Shown here piece by piece: positions 11,704 to 24,962 of a stretch of 64,000 nt of DNA. Made by a program: the position numbers and the translations under genes. A model generated the notes under the pieces. That model had not been told where the DNA came from. It searched no databases and saw only the letters and a program-made list of their open reading frames with translations. Source of the DNA: Geosiphon pyriformis uo1 (taxonomy: Eukaryota; Fungi; Glomeromycota); assembly GCA_016748015.1 (NCBI GenBank), contig JAAOMT010000502.1, positions 682,001 to 746,000 of the forward strand, in the 5' to 3' direction. Within the stretch, counting starts at the first letter, position 1; every line of letters starts with the position of its first letter.

Positions 11704-12423
11704 ATGACTATTCCTCAAAACATTCAACAATTATCTTAAAAACTAATGTTAGCTTTAAAAACAATACCCAAATTATCTATTACTGTTACTGGAAACCACA
11801 TTAATTATACCTTAACAGAAGTAGTCCAAAATTTAGTCCCAAATTCACGAAAATATTATCCATATAAAAAGAACACAAGAAGTTATTCTGAAATTCACCT
11901 GCCAGAACTTTTAAAGCTTGCTTTAAGAGAAAACTTAATGCTCATTCCTATTAGTATTCTACTAAATGCTACTATTCAACAAAAACTTTAACTGTGTCTT
12001 AATGAAGAAAACTATGACTATACTCCAATATATAGATATTTCTACATTGGAAAAACACTTCACAAATGAAAATGAGAGCTTACAGCAGCAAATCTCACAA
12101 AAGAAGCTATTCGGAAACAACTCCACAATGAATTTAAGACAACAGCTGGACCTACAAACAGTTGTTATAAACTAAGAGCTGCTCTTAGACTTTATGACCT
12201 ATTCTACACCTGTGAAAACGTTCTATAAAACCCAATTTTTCAGCCTTTGAAGATTCAATACATTAGAAAGCTCACAGAACTGAAATTTTAACAATTTTCA
12301 GACCAAATTTCTTCAATAATTTTGGATTATTATCTGGAAATTACAGACAGTAGTTGGACTTTGATGGAGCTCAGTTTTGAAGAGGAGGTTATGTTACCAG
12401 ACAAAATTAGAGATATTGTTTAG
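11704..12423 (+). pseudogene. Element A accessory ORF3 (about 240 codons, unknown function), running through the PPT into the 3' LTR
   Basis: One reading frame from ATG 11704 interrupted only by TAA/TGA codons explicable as C>T. Homologous ORFs in elements C, D and E. Confidence 0.8.
12379..12388 (+). promoter_or_regulatory. Polypurine tract of element A
   Basis: GAAGAGGAGG 3 nt before the 3' LTR. Confidence 0.8.
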
Positions 12424-13367
12424 CATGAAATTACCCTTATAAATCTTATCATTAATTAGCATATATTATCGTTTCAAATTATCACATATTACATTAGCAA
12501 AATGTCCGAAATTATCATTTAATTAATAACCCAATTTGTACATAACACAAATGTAACCTAAGTGTAATGATCAATTATGCAATACCCCAAAATATGTAAT
12601 ATTCAAAAGTTTGCCAAAATTTGTAGAAATTTGCCGAAATAATTGATAGTTCACTGAAATATCTAATAGTTCGCAGAAATAACTTGTAGTTTGCTGAAAT
12701 GTATCTTTAGTTCAGCAAAATTGTAAAAAAGAGCAAAGTTCAAGTTCATAGAATAGTGTTATAACAAGTTATATAAAAGAAGAGCTTTTTTCTTCAAGAA
12801 AATGTATCTTACTTTAGATTTATTACTAGAACCATTCCTACACACACAAAAAGAAATAAATATCAAATAATTCAAAAAACCAAATTCTTTAATTATTGCA
12901 CTTGGAAAATCCCCAAAACCCAACTAATGTTTGAAATTGATTAGCTACCAATTTCAGTAAACTGTTAGTGACTCCAGGCCTGGATAGAAAACGTTTTCCT
13001 TGATAAAATTCTATTTCTTTTACATTTTTTTTATTTTCTTTTATTTTCTTATCATAATCATTAGGGTAACTTACAGATGAGATTTCTGTAGAAGAGTTGA
13101 CTTTCACAGCAAAGTAACTACACATTTTTAGTGAGCTTCCAGATAAGCAATTCCTGGGAAAGAGTTGACATTTACTATAATGTAACTACACAAAGCAACT
13201 GGTATGGAATTGGCCATTCCACTTATAAGCCCAGCAGTTCAAATTATAGGAAATAATTTGAAGATAAATTCAGTTACTGGAGGTTCAACCACATCCAGAA
13301 AACGTGAATTCACAGCAAACAAACATCAACAACATTTAGGAAAAGAGACCAAAAACCTCCGGTAACA
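12392..13367 (+). repeat. Element A 3' LTR (976 bp)
   Basis: TGTTACCAG...CCGGTAACA, direct repeat of the 5' LTR. Confidence 0.95.
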
Positions 13368-14998
13368 ATGCTGAAAAAAAAATTCAACAGAATTGTGATT
13401 CCAGAAGGCTATTCAAACAACTATTAAATTTCTGTCCATTATACAAAAAACTCTGCAACAAAATCTTCAGATTAATCAAACCTTCAGAGATCAACACCAG
13501 AATACCAATCAAGCACCAAGTTACGGATCTGTTATTTGCTTTGAGACTTCAAATAAACATCTGTAACATCAGTTTATTCTGATAGTTGTGTTCTTTTAGT
13601 AAACTATTTTTAAGTTTTCTATCTTTGTTTCTGGATTTTTTATTAGGCTATTCTTAATATCAAATATTCAGCACTTAATTTTTTTAATTAATTAATAAAC
13701 AACAAAGAAACAAAATAAAAAAAAATAAGAAATTAGTATTCTATTAATAGTTATAATCAAAAATTATTGTTTTAATGTAGTTAATTATTGGAGTTTATCA
13801 ACATAAATTGTTAATAATAAAAAAGTGATTAATATTTTTAATTAAGTAATGATAACATAGATTGAATAATAATTAAATATTTTATTAATATTGATATAAT
13901 TCTGTTTCAAGTTATAGAAAATTATCTTTTGAAGAAAAGATAGAAGGTAAATAGTTATTTCTAGCTACTGTTCTGTCTAAATTTCAAATACTTTTTTTGC
14001 TTCTAATACTTTTATTATATATACATAATTTGTGTTATACAAGATTTCTTGAAATTTTTTAATTTTTATAACAGGAATTCTGAAATTTTGGAATTCTGCA
14101 ATTTTGCAATTTCTTGAAAAAATTCTGTAATTCTTTTTTTTACTATGCTTATTTTTGATTGGCTATTTTATCTATTATTATAATTTTTAACTTCTATAAA
14201 TAACACCAATCTGATTTGATTTTTTGTCTTTTAAGATTGTTGTCTACTTTGATCTTTTTTTTTGGCCAATAATATGGTTTTTTTTATGCTTTCTTTTAAT
14301 TTAAATATAGTTTTAATAATTTCTTTAAATTTTAAGAAAGTAGTTATCTTTTCAAAATTATTGATTAATAAAAAATTTTTTTTAATGATTTGAGTTTTTG
14401 CTGTTACTAATTTGCTTTTTATTGTAAAGAGATTAATATCCAAAGCAATTAATTTTTTGACAGCAACTTCTACCTAAGTTTTAACAATTTTTGGGTCAAT
14501 TTACTTTTTGTTCAAAAAGAAAAATAGATAAAAAAGAAGAGAGATCTTATTTTTATTATCTATATTATAGACCAAAAAACTAATTAAAGAACCAACTACA
14601 GTACTAGTGTTGATTTGTTTAGCCTTGGGTGTATTTATTTTAGAATTTGACTAAGTTTTACTCTCATCACTAATATTATTATCTATATCTATTTTAGCAA
14701 ACTGGCTAACAACTTTTTCTGAATTTTTAAAACTTAAATCTATTTCATTATTAAAATATTTAATATTACCAAGTAATAACTTCTGTTTTTGTGTCAAGCT
14801 TTTATTAATAAAATCTGAAACTACAACTTTGGCTGACTTTTTTTTACTAGAACTATTTATAGCAATAGCCAGTTCAACAACAAAAGAGTCTAGTATTTGA
14901 AAAATAGTAAAATATACAATAATAAAACAAAAAAAACTTTTTTCAAAATTCTAAACTCTTTTTTGGGTATTGAAATGAAGAAAAAAAAAAGTTTTTTT

Positions 14999-15128
14999 AT
15001 TAACTTAATCAATAATTTGATTATTAATTTAATTATTAAATTAGTTATTGATTTAATTATTAACTTAATTATTAACTAAATTATTAATCTGATTATTAAT
15101 TATTTTTTAAAAATATATAAATAATATT
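14999..15128 (+). repeat. Heavily AT-shifted fragment of a family-D LTR (12-bp tandem array)
   Basis: 12-bp periodicity matching ATTGACCTGATT units followed by a TATATAA motif as at 37689-37815. Confidence 0.6.
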
Positions 15129-18100
15129 ATCTAAATAAAAAAATGGAGTGGTCATTTTAAAAGGTGGTTTTTGATTATCTGATTATAAATGATGATTTGA
15201 TTTATTTAATAAAGTTAAATTCATAATTAACATTATTATGAAAGGATAGATCACTAAGTGTGTAATCCCTAATGTTATGCCTACTTAATAGTTCAACCAA
15301 TATGCTCTTTTGGATTATGTTAATAATGATGCATTTTTGAACATTATGCAGAGTATCAAATCTGATATGTTTTTTTAGATGGTCAAGAGATTGTCTGATG
15401 AAAAAGCCACTGGCTTGTCTGATATTCTTAATGAGCTTTGAAAATATGACAATATACAAGTTCTGGGCAGTTTATTAAATATTTTTAATACATGCTTAGT
15501 AAGAAGTATGATATTTGTACAATAGAAATGTGCCTGGATTTCTATAATACTGAAGCCATATAACTAAAAGAGAACTTTTATTAATATCAGACTGATAGTA
15601 TTAATTGAAATACCCCAAAAAATCTTATTTAAGATTTTATCAAACAGAATTTTTTTAGTCTGTAGTAATGTTTTGTGTAATAACAATTTTTTAGTTTTAA
15701 AAGATACATCTATGCAGACTCCAATTTTTGCTATTGGTTCAATTATTAAGAATGTATTAAAGAAGAATAGAAAACTGTGGCTGATTCTTTAGAACATGAA
15801 AAAAGCATATGATTTTATTAAGTGGTTTTATCTGTGAAACAGTCTGACTAGGATTAAAATGTGTTCTTATTTTATTGAGTTTTTTAGGAGGATATACAAT
15901 AATCAAATCAATCTGGTAATAATAAATTTTGGATTTACAGATAGTTATGCTGTTCATGATAGTTTAAATAAGAAAAAAATGTTTTTGCTACTATTATGGA
16001 GAATCTTTTATAATCTTTTACTTTGCAAAGTTAAGAAGCATAATGGATTATATAAATACAGATTAGACTTGAAGTTTTTTACAAGGTCTGGCAAGCAGAA
16101 TTTTAAAGATGGCAAAATGTTTTTTCTGGCTGTTAAAGCTTTCATAAACAATACAATCTGAATTGGGAATAACATGTCTACTACTTAAAACATTTTAAAT
16201 ATAGCAAGCAAATTTTTTTAGGTCAATAATATCTTAATTAACATGGACAAAACAATTATTATACTCATTAATCAGAAAGTAATGAACTCTTAGCTGTTAG
16301 TTAGTAGATCTGGTATTTTAATAGCAAAAAAAAATGAATTTCACAAGTATTTAGACATCTTTTTGTCTATAGATAGTCTTTCCAAATCCAGTATTGCCAA
16401 AGCTCATTCAGATATTAAGTTTTTTATGAATCTGGTTTTGAGAAAGGTTGTATTGAACAAGCAATTTTTGTATCTGGTGTCTGTAGTGCTTCAACTTATT
16501 ATCAATTATAAGGTACAGTTTAGTTATATTTCTGCAAATGTGTATAAAAAATAGAACAAGTTGCTCAAAAAAGAGCTAAGACTCAAGACCAACTTATCTA
16601 AGAATTTTCTTAATGAAGTTATTTTTTATTCTGAATTGTATGGTTTTAAATTTTTTAGGCAGATACAAGCTAAATGTTTGCTGGCTAATTTGGTTAATTT
16701 TGTCAACTTGGAAGGCATTCTTAGTAACTTGTTCAAACACAAGACCATAGATTTGCAGGCCATTAACTGGATGTCCCAGCAGCTTTTAAGCTTTCCAATC
16801 AAGTTGTCAATTAATCTTATCAATTGTTTTCTGGCTGGCATAACTGTTATATTAGTGTCATGTAAGTCATCTTTAGTCAATGACATACCTAATGTTTTTC
16901 AAACTGGTAGTGGTGTTCTTGTTATGAATGTTTTGGGTGTGAATTAATACCTAAATGTAATAGGTTTGCTAAAAAAATTTGGTATTGTTTTTACAAATCA
17001 ACTTTTGAACCATTGTAGTGTATGTTTCATGTAGAGAACTTTTTGCAAATAGAAGAGATTGAATCCTAAAGGCCATGTTCTTAGTTGGTTCAGTTTATTA
17101 GTTTTGTTTATTGAAGGTGATGACTTGGTTAGTAATAGTACTTTGGTTTGTTATTTTACTCCCAGTGAGTACTCAAGTGATTTGGAATTTATTAATAAGC
17201 ATCTTATTAAAAATGAGTTTGGTAAAATAAGTATTTACATAGATGGATTGATTAAGAGTTTGGAATCTATAAGTGCCTATGGTAGTGCTGCTGCCTACTT
17301 CTTAGACATTAATTTAAGTATTGGAATTAGGGTCTATGGTTTGTTTTTTTTAACTCTGGCAAAACTGCAGGCCATTGTTTTTGTATTAGACTGTATTTCA
17401 ATTTTAAGCACAGTAGTACTGTTCTCAGATAGTTAGGCTTTCTTGAATATATGTATTTTAGTTGTTAATTGTGTTATTTCTGACTTTTACAAGAAATGCT
17501 AGATCAAAAAAAAACACATTTATTCTACTATTGCTTCTAAAAATCTGTTAATTTATTAGAAAAAGGTCAAGGGATATTCTGAAGTTGTTGGTAATAAATG
17601 TGTTGACTCTTTTGCTAGTGCTGCCACTGAATCTAAGTTTGTGTTGTCTGTTAGAATTCCATATTGTTTTCTTATTATTAAAAACAAGCCTGTTTTTAAA
17701 AATACTTGTTACTTCATTAGGCATTAGTTTAAGGCTGTTGGTTTTGTCAGCTGAAAATTCAGATGTGCAAATAACACTGTGGACATAAATTTTAGTAAAC
17801 TGTTGGATATGTATTAGACCTTTCACATTTGGCATCCTAATAGTAAAATTCACTCTGGTTTCTTGAGCTCTGTCTCTGTAGCATTAAGATTTTATTTTAT
17901 GAAGGCCTTATATCATTGATTGTCTATGGCTAAGAGAAAAAAACTATATAATTTGAACTATCTTAATATGTTGTGCATCTGGTGTAATTTGATTGAAGAT
18001 TCTAATCATATGTTTTTATATATACAAGATGCTAGTGCCAAGAAAAAGTTGATTTCTGTTACAATTAAGGTTTGAACTAACTTATTAAATGTTAATGATG

Positions 18101-18298
18101 CTGGCTGTACAGTGATTTGGTTATTGCATAAGATTGAATCTTTTGGTTGCCTGTATATAACTTTGGCCAAAGGTTTTTTAATGAAGAAGTAAGTAACTAA
18201 CACAGTAAATTTGTTGAGTTCTGGGTTTAATAAGAGTTTAATAGTTATTAATTTGGTCTGGAATTTTGCCAAAAACCATAGATCTGCTATCTGGGTGC

Positions 18299-19269
18299 TG
18301 TTATTAATAGAATTTTAGCTATTAATTAGCATGAAATTACTTTCATAATGTCTATTATTAATTAGCATATATTATTATCATTTTGATTATCATTTATTAT
18401 TTAATCAAATTATCAAATATTATTACTTAATCAATAATCTGATTTGTACCATAGAAATTAAAATAATCAAATTACACAATACTCTGAACTATTTAATATA
18501 GTCAAAATTCGCCGAAATTAATAAAAATTGACCAAAATAATCAATAGTTCAGTGAAATAACTTGTAATTTGCCAAAATATATTTTTAATTCACCCAAATT
18601 ATAGCAAAGAGAAAAGTACAAGTTCAAAGACTAGTACTATAACAAGTTGTATAAAAAAAGAGCTTTTCTTTTCAAGAAAATGTATTTTCTCATAGTATCT
18701 TAACATAGTATCTTACTCTAGATATCTTAATTAGAACAAATCACTTTTTACACATTCAAATAAAAATTAAATATTCAAAAACCAAATTCCTTGATTATTG
18801 TATCTGAAATTCTCTTAACATAACTAAAATTTTGAAATTGATTAGCTACAAATTTCAGTAATCTGTTAGTAATTCCAGGCCTGAATAGAAAACGTTTCCT
18901 TTGATAAAATCCTATTTTTTTTACATTTCTTTTATTTTTTCTTTCTTTTTTTATTATAATCATTAGGGTAATCTACAGACAAGATTTCTATAAAAGAGTT
19001 GACTTTTATAGCAAAGTAACTACACATCTTTAGTAAGCTTCCAGACGAGCAATTTCTAGAAAAGAATTGACATTTATTACAATGTCACTACACAAAACAA
19101 CTGACATAGAATTGGTTATTTCACTCATAAGCCCAACAGTTCAAATTATAAGAGATAATTTGAAGATAAATTCAGTTACTAAAGGTCCAACTACTTCCTG
19201 AAAATGTAAATACACAGCAAATTAACATTAACAACATTCAAAAAAAGAGACCAAAAACCTCCAGTAATA
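18299..19269 (+). repeat. Element C 5' LTR
   Basis: Direct repeat of 27184-28153 and 37890-38861. Confidence 0.93.
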
Positions 19270-19314
19270 TTTGGTGCTCTCTTACAGAAATAACACAACA
19301 ATAACAACTTCAAA

Positions 19315-22300
19315 GTAGTGACCATACTAGACACAACAACTTTAGAGTATTATCAGTCAATTTACACCCATTGCAAACAGAGATTCAACATTCCAGACAG
19401 AATTGAAATTGTTAAGAAGACACTTTACCAGTATATTGAAAACTGCATTAACAATTATCTTTTTGGAAATTACAACATTTCAGAAATTAGAAGCAATCTT
19501 TACAATAATTTAGTGCACTATTTACAGTTGGGAACTGAAAACCTTAACAATAAAACACTTGCCACCTACTTTCAAGAACTTAATTTTAACATTATCAAGT
19601 ATTGTGAAAAAACATATTCAGTACAGTCTAAATACTCTATTGACTTTGAATCAGAAACAAAAACAAGCAACAAAGACAAACAAAAACTAAAACAACACTC
19701 AAGTACCACTCCAAATACTCCAAAAACCCCAAAAACAACTGCCAAACACTTACAAACACCTGAACAAGGAACCAGTGTCAAATTACCACTTTTTATTACA
19801 CTATTTCCAATTTTATTTGTTTGATTACAAACACCAAATTTATTACTTAACCGTTTCTTCAGACCAAAAGATTTTTAGTTATCTAAAAATCTTACTTAAC
19901 AACAAGAACCAATATCAACCAGCACCAATCTTCTTGAATACTTACAGGAAAATGAAAGTAATTATTCAGAGAACTTAGAGAGTAAAAAAACTGAATTGGA
20001 ACCAGAAGAAATAGCAACTGCTTATATTGCAAAGATTCTAGAATTTACTGGTGAAGATAATAATACCAGCCCTCAAGAATGGCTTGACAAAGTTCAAAAA
20101 ACAGGAGATGCAAATGGTTGGAATGCAGCAAAAATGCTCAAAGCAATTCTATACTTTCTTCAAGGAACCACAAAAAAATGATTTGAAAACTTAGAAAACT
20201 TATTTAAAAACTGGCAAGCATTCAAAAATGCTTTTTTACAACAATTTACTGACAACAACAACACTTTTATCACTCTTCACAATCACTTTCAAAATATCAA
20301 ACAAGAAACATCTGAAACTGTTATAATCTATCTTAGAAGATTCAACAAACTTCTTCGACAAATTCGACAATTGGAGACCAATAAATACTATTCCAATACA
20401 CAGATTTTGGATCAGTTTATAGCAGTATTGAAAGACAAGTTAATCAAAAAAATTTACCCACATGTCCCAGAAGACTTAACCACAGCCATTAGACATGCAA
20501 AGAACTATAAAATGGCAATAGAAGAAGCAAACCATATCAAACTTGTGAATCTTGCTATTAGAGAAACCAGCTCAGTAGCTAAAGAAAAAATTGACCAACT
20601 TACAAAAAAGATTGAAAACTATTTTACTAATTAGCAACAACAGCAACAATTACAAAGATATCAATCACCACAACAATAAAACCAAACCAACTACCCATTA
20701 TTATCAAACAGTCAAAACCAAAGTTGTCATTATTGTGGGATTCTAGAACATTGGAAACAAGATTGCAGAAACCTACAAAGAGACTAACAAAACAAAAGTA
20801 ATCAACATTACTTTTTAACACAGCAATCTTATTATCAGCTACCACCACCAGCCTACTATTCCTTAAGATCTCAACAGCAAACCAATTACTATTAGCCTGC
20901 TTCACAGCAGCAATATTAACAACCTTTACCAATCCAATAGTATTAACAGCCACCTACACAACAATACCAAGTACCTGCCCAAAGATTGGTTTAACATAAC
21001 CAATTTATACCTCAAAATCAATTTCAGAACAATAACAACAACAGAATCAATTCAAACAACCAATTAGTTACCCAAAATCTTGGTCAGCAAAGACCCAATC
21101 ACTACTACACTCAACCCAGTTATCTCACAATGTTTGAAGAATTAGATTTTCAACAAATTGCACTTTCTGAAAATGAAGTTGCAGCACCAAGATCAAATCC
21201 TTCTAATAAAACTATTCCATCAGCCCAAATTGCTCAAAATACCAATCTTTCAGATATATTCCCATTTGAATTTGAAGCAAATAAATCACCATTCTTGTTT
21301 AGCAATGCAGCAGTTAATGAACAAAAAGCAATTACAGCTATGTATACTGAAGCTGAAATGGAAAAAAAACCCATTCAGTTAATTCTAAACAGTGGATCAG
21401 CTGAAAGTATCATTACCTACCAATTAATGCAACAACTCCAATAAACTATTAACAGACTTGTTCAAACAATCATTGTTATAGCAGATGATATAAAAAAGAC
21501 ACCAGTAGAAGAAATTAACAATTTCCCATTCACCATTGATGGAATTACTATTCCAGTCAAAGTTTTAGTCATGGATGTATCACAATACCAAGCTCTTGTC
21601 AGAAATAATTGGTTTCTCAAGACCAATTTAGATTGAGAAACTCAGGAATTGAAGATTTTATACTGAGGACAATATATCAGAGTATCTGCTATCTGTGGTA
21701 CTTTTAATAAAAAATCTGAGAAAGCTCTAGTATTCGAATTTGAAAAGGAGAAAGAACTACCAGTCATTGAAACTTTTATGGCTCTTAGATCAACATTTAA
21801 TTGGGCTAAAGAAACAGAACAAAAAATCTTTGAGGAGACCAGAGAATGAAATGTTGTTCAATACTCTACACCAGAACCAAGAAAACAATTACCCTATATT
21901 CTACTCAAATACAAAGATTATAAGAAAAAACTTTCATCAATGGGAGCATGTATTTTTCCAAAAAAGGAATATGAAACTTGCACCTGTTACTACTGTAAAG
22001 CATGCCATAGAGAACAATTTGGATACCCCAAAAGAAGTAGAAAATGGGACAACACTTCTTGTCTTACATGTGAAAATATGCTATCAGAAGAATACAACTG
22101 GATTGATGTTGCAATAAGAGGAAGAGTATGTAATCAAATCTGCTAATATGCTTTATCAATCTCGAAAAAAGTCAGAAAAAGAACATCATTTAATACAACA
22201 TATAACAGTGTTTTCAATAAACTCTATCACTACCCTTATAATGCTGAAATAATCTTTGATTTAGCAATGGCTTTAATTAATGGCACCACACAGAAAGATG

Positions 22301-24905
22301 TCTGACAAATGAAAGAAGCTAAGTATATTGAATACACAATAGAATTAGCTGGATTCAACTATGAAGATGAAATAGAGACATATCACCAAATTGCAAGCCA
22401 CACATACTCAATCTAAGAAGCTCAAATTCAACAATTAAAGCAAATGAATATTCAATTGTGTAAAGAATACATCATGCTTTGTGATGACAAATGGTGTCCA
22501 AAATGCTATGCTCTTAGTATTCCCTTGTCCAATGAAAATAACCAGAAAGAAATTGAATTTGGAAAACTGGAAACAAAAAAAGAAATCACAACAACACCAA
22601 TCTATCTTATTAAAAACCAGTCTGCTATACAACTCAAATACTTTGACAACAATAGACAAAAAATAAAACCAGAAAAAGCCCATGAAATTGATGCAGAATA
22701 TGACCTCAGATATTCTGGCAAAAACACTTTGGTTCTTCAACCAAAATTCTTAACCAAAATCAACCTCAGAATTGTTCTTGAAATACCACCAGGAACAATA
22801 GTACAAATTGCTTCCCAATCATCATTGGCAAGCAAAAAAATCAATGTTAGAGAAGAAGTTATAAATGCAGGATATACTGGAGACATTACTATTATGTTAC
22901 AGAATGAAACAGACAAATTATTCAAAATTGAACATGCTAAAAAGATTGCCCAAGCAATTTATCTACTCTTAATCAACATTTCGGGTTTACAATCAGTAAA
23001 CAACAGAGAACAATTGGAAAAAAGTGAAAGAGGAACTTAAAAGTTTGGTTCAACTGGACAATTTACAATTCCAGTAAACATAGCTCTTAATACACAAAAT
23101 GAATCTCACCAGATTTTTTAACTTTCTTAACCAATTACCATTTCACCTTTTGAAGAACATCACGAAATTTATATTTGCTCAAAACCTACTACTACCCAAC
23201 AAATCTTTGAATCCAATAAACAAATCTGTGTAAAGCATGAAATCTCAATCCTAAACGTTTATATTCTCAAAAGAATGAAAAAATTTTGAGTTACATTTTA
23301 CAACCTTAATAATTACCCCATTGTCCTATTGAATAAATTAGAGATTAGAATCATACACAGCAATATCTTCCAGAATAAAAACCCTCAAGTTGTCTCCAAT
23401 TTTATTGAAATTGTAAGGTATACTCTACTTCCAAATTCAAACATTATCTTTACTACTGAAAACTACCACCTTTTGGAAGAAAAACTCTTTTGAATCAACA
23501 TGGGTCCCTTAGAATCTTAACAACAAAGACAATTGAAACAGCTAATAGCTGAATTCGCTGACATATTTACAAAAGACAACAATGACCTTGAAAAAACTGA
23601 TATTGTTCAACACCAAATCCATACAGAAAATGCTCCACCAAAATAACAACAAGTCTATTGAGCTTTACCTACTAGCCACCAATTTATCAGAGAAAAGGTC
23701 CAAAGAATGCTCAATAATGGATTAATTCAACTATCAAGAAGTCCATAGGTCTTATTAATAGTTTTTGTCAAAAGAAAAACGAAAAAATTAGATTTTGTGT
23801 TAACTATCAACAATTGAATAGTGTTACAATTAGAGATGCCTACCCTCTTCCAAGAATTAATGACATGCTAGATGCTTTAGAAAAAGCCAAGTTCTTCTCA
23901 ACTTTAGACTTGGAAAGTGAATATTAGCAAGTTGAAATAGATTCAAAAGATCAACCCAAAACAGCATTTACCACCTAAGGAGGAAACTATGAATTCAATG
24001 TTATGTTTTTTGAACTCTGCAATGCACCAGCAACATTCTAGCAACTCATAGATGCTGTATATGAAGGACTTTTGTGGCAATCAGTAGTTGTTTATCTTGA
24101 TGACACTAATGTGTACTCACCAAGTTTTGAAGCTCATCTTATCTACCTGCGAGAAGTTTTTCAATGATTATGAAAAGCAGGATTAAAGTTAAACATTAAG
24201 AAATGTTACTTTGGAAAAACAAGTTTAATCTTTCTTGGACACATTGTTAGCAAAAATGGAATCAAACCAAATCCTGGAACAATTAGTGCTGTTAAAAATT
24301 TTTAAACACCCAGAAATACCATGGAGCTATGAGGATTTATAGAATTAGTCTTCTACTATTGAAAATTCATAAAAAGATTCTTAGAGATTGCCAAATCACT
24401 CAACTATCTCATCAACAAAAACGTGTCATATCAATGAACTGAAGAACAACAGAAAGTCTTTGACACTCTCAAAACAAAATTAACAACAGCTCCAGTTTTT
24501 GCTTACCCAAATTTCAACAAACAATTCCAACTAGCCACTGATGCCTTACACATAGCTTTTGGTGCCATTTTGTTACAATTGGATAAAAATGACCAGGAAT
24601 AAATTATTGCCTATGCCAGTAGAATATTCAAGCCAACAGAACTCAAATATGACTCAACTGAATTAGAAACTGTCACAGTTATTTGGGTTATTAAACATTT
24701 TTAACAATATTTAAAGAATAGAAAAAAATTTGACATCATAACTGACAATATTGGCCTCAAATGACTCAATAAAAAGAAAACCAAACAAAGTACCAAACAG
24801 TCTTGATGGAATAACTTTTTAGCAGACTACAAATATATTGTACATTACAAACCAGGAAAACTACACACCAATGTTGATAGCCTCTTAAAAATGAGACAAA
24901 ATTAA
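19315..24905 (+). pseudogene. Element C Gag-PR-Cys-rich-dUTPase-RT-RNase H polyprotein, disrupted
   Basis: ORF fragments at 19318, 19996, 20371, 21130, 21940 and 22444 are all in one frame. dUTPase about 22630-23058, YLDD about 24093, ends KMRQN-stop. Confidence 0.92.
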
Positions 24906-24962
24906 TACCAACAACAAATCTACTACAACTTACCAATCTACCAACAAAATAACCAAACAACA

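Larger units (their letters stand above)
3226..13367 (+). mobile_element. Ty3/Gypsy LTR retrotransposon A (complete, dUTPase-bearing)
   Basis: Paired LTRs TGTTA...TAACA, TSD ATGC (3222-3225, 13368-13371), PBS, PPT, domain order gag-PR-dUTPase-RT-RH-IN. Confidence 0.97.
2560..13568 (+). repeat. Solo LTR, family E/F, split by element A (2560-3225 + 13368-13568)
   Basis: Starts TGTTACTCATA, ends ATCTGTAACA, TSD CCAG/TCAG, collinear with LTR 58822-59684. Confidence 0.9.
2374..14205 (-). repeat. Solo LTR, family E/F, split (2374-2559 + 13569-14205)
   Basis: Degenerate TGTTA...TAACA termini, similarity to LTRs at 52561-53404 and 58822-59684, flanks CTGA/CCAA (both derivable from a CCGA TSD). Confidence 0.8.
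1186..14860 (-). pseudogene. LINE ORF1, degenerate, in two pieces (about 14860-14210 and 2369-1186)
   Basis: DINLFTIKSK...FKEIIKTIF and AHNLSNLL...KTCII...CTVVGF match ORF1 of the LINE at 43937-45741. The 5' limit is approximate. Confidence 0.7.
1..14998 (-). mobile_element. LINE (non-LTR retrotransposon) copy 1, 5' end intact, runs off the left edge; split into 1-2373 and 14206-14998 by nested LTR insertions
   Basis: Minus-strand peptides 14231-14443, 1912-2109 and 635-886 align by eye to ORF1 and the APE domain of the full-length LINE at 43778-50560. The reverse complement of 14930-14998 resembles that LINE's 5' UTR. Confidence 0.85.

Noticed and set aside
11704-12423. ORF3 as an envelope gene
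   Set aside because: Too short, with no signal peptide, transmembrane segment or furin-like site visible.
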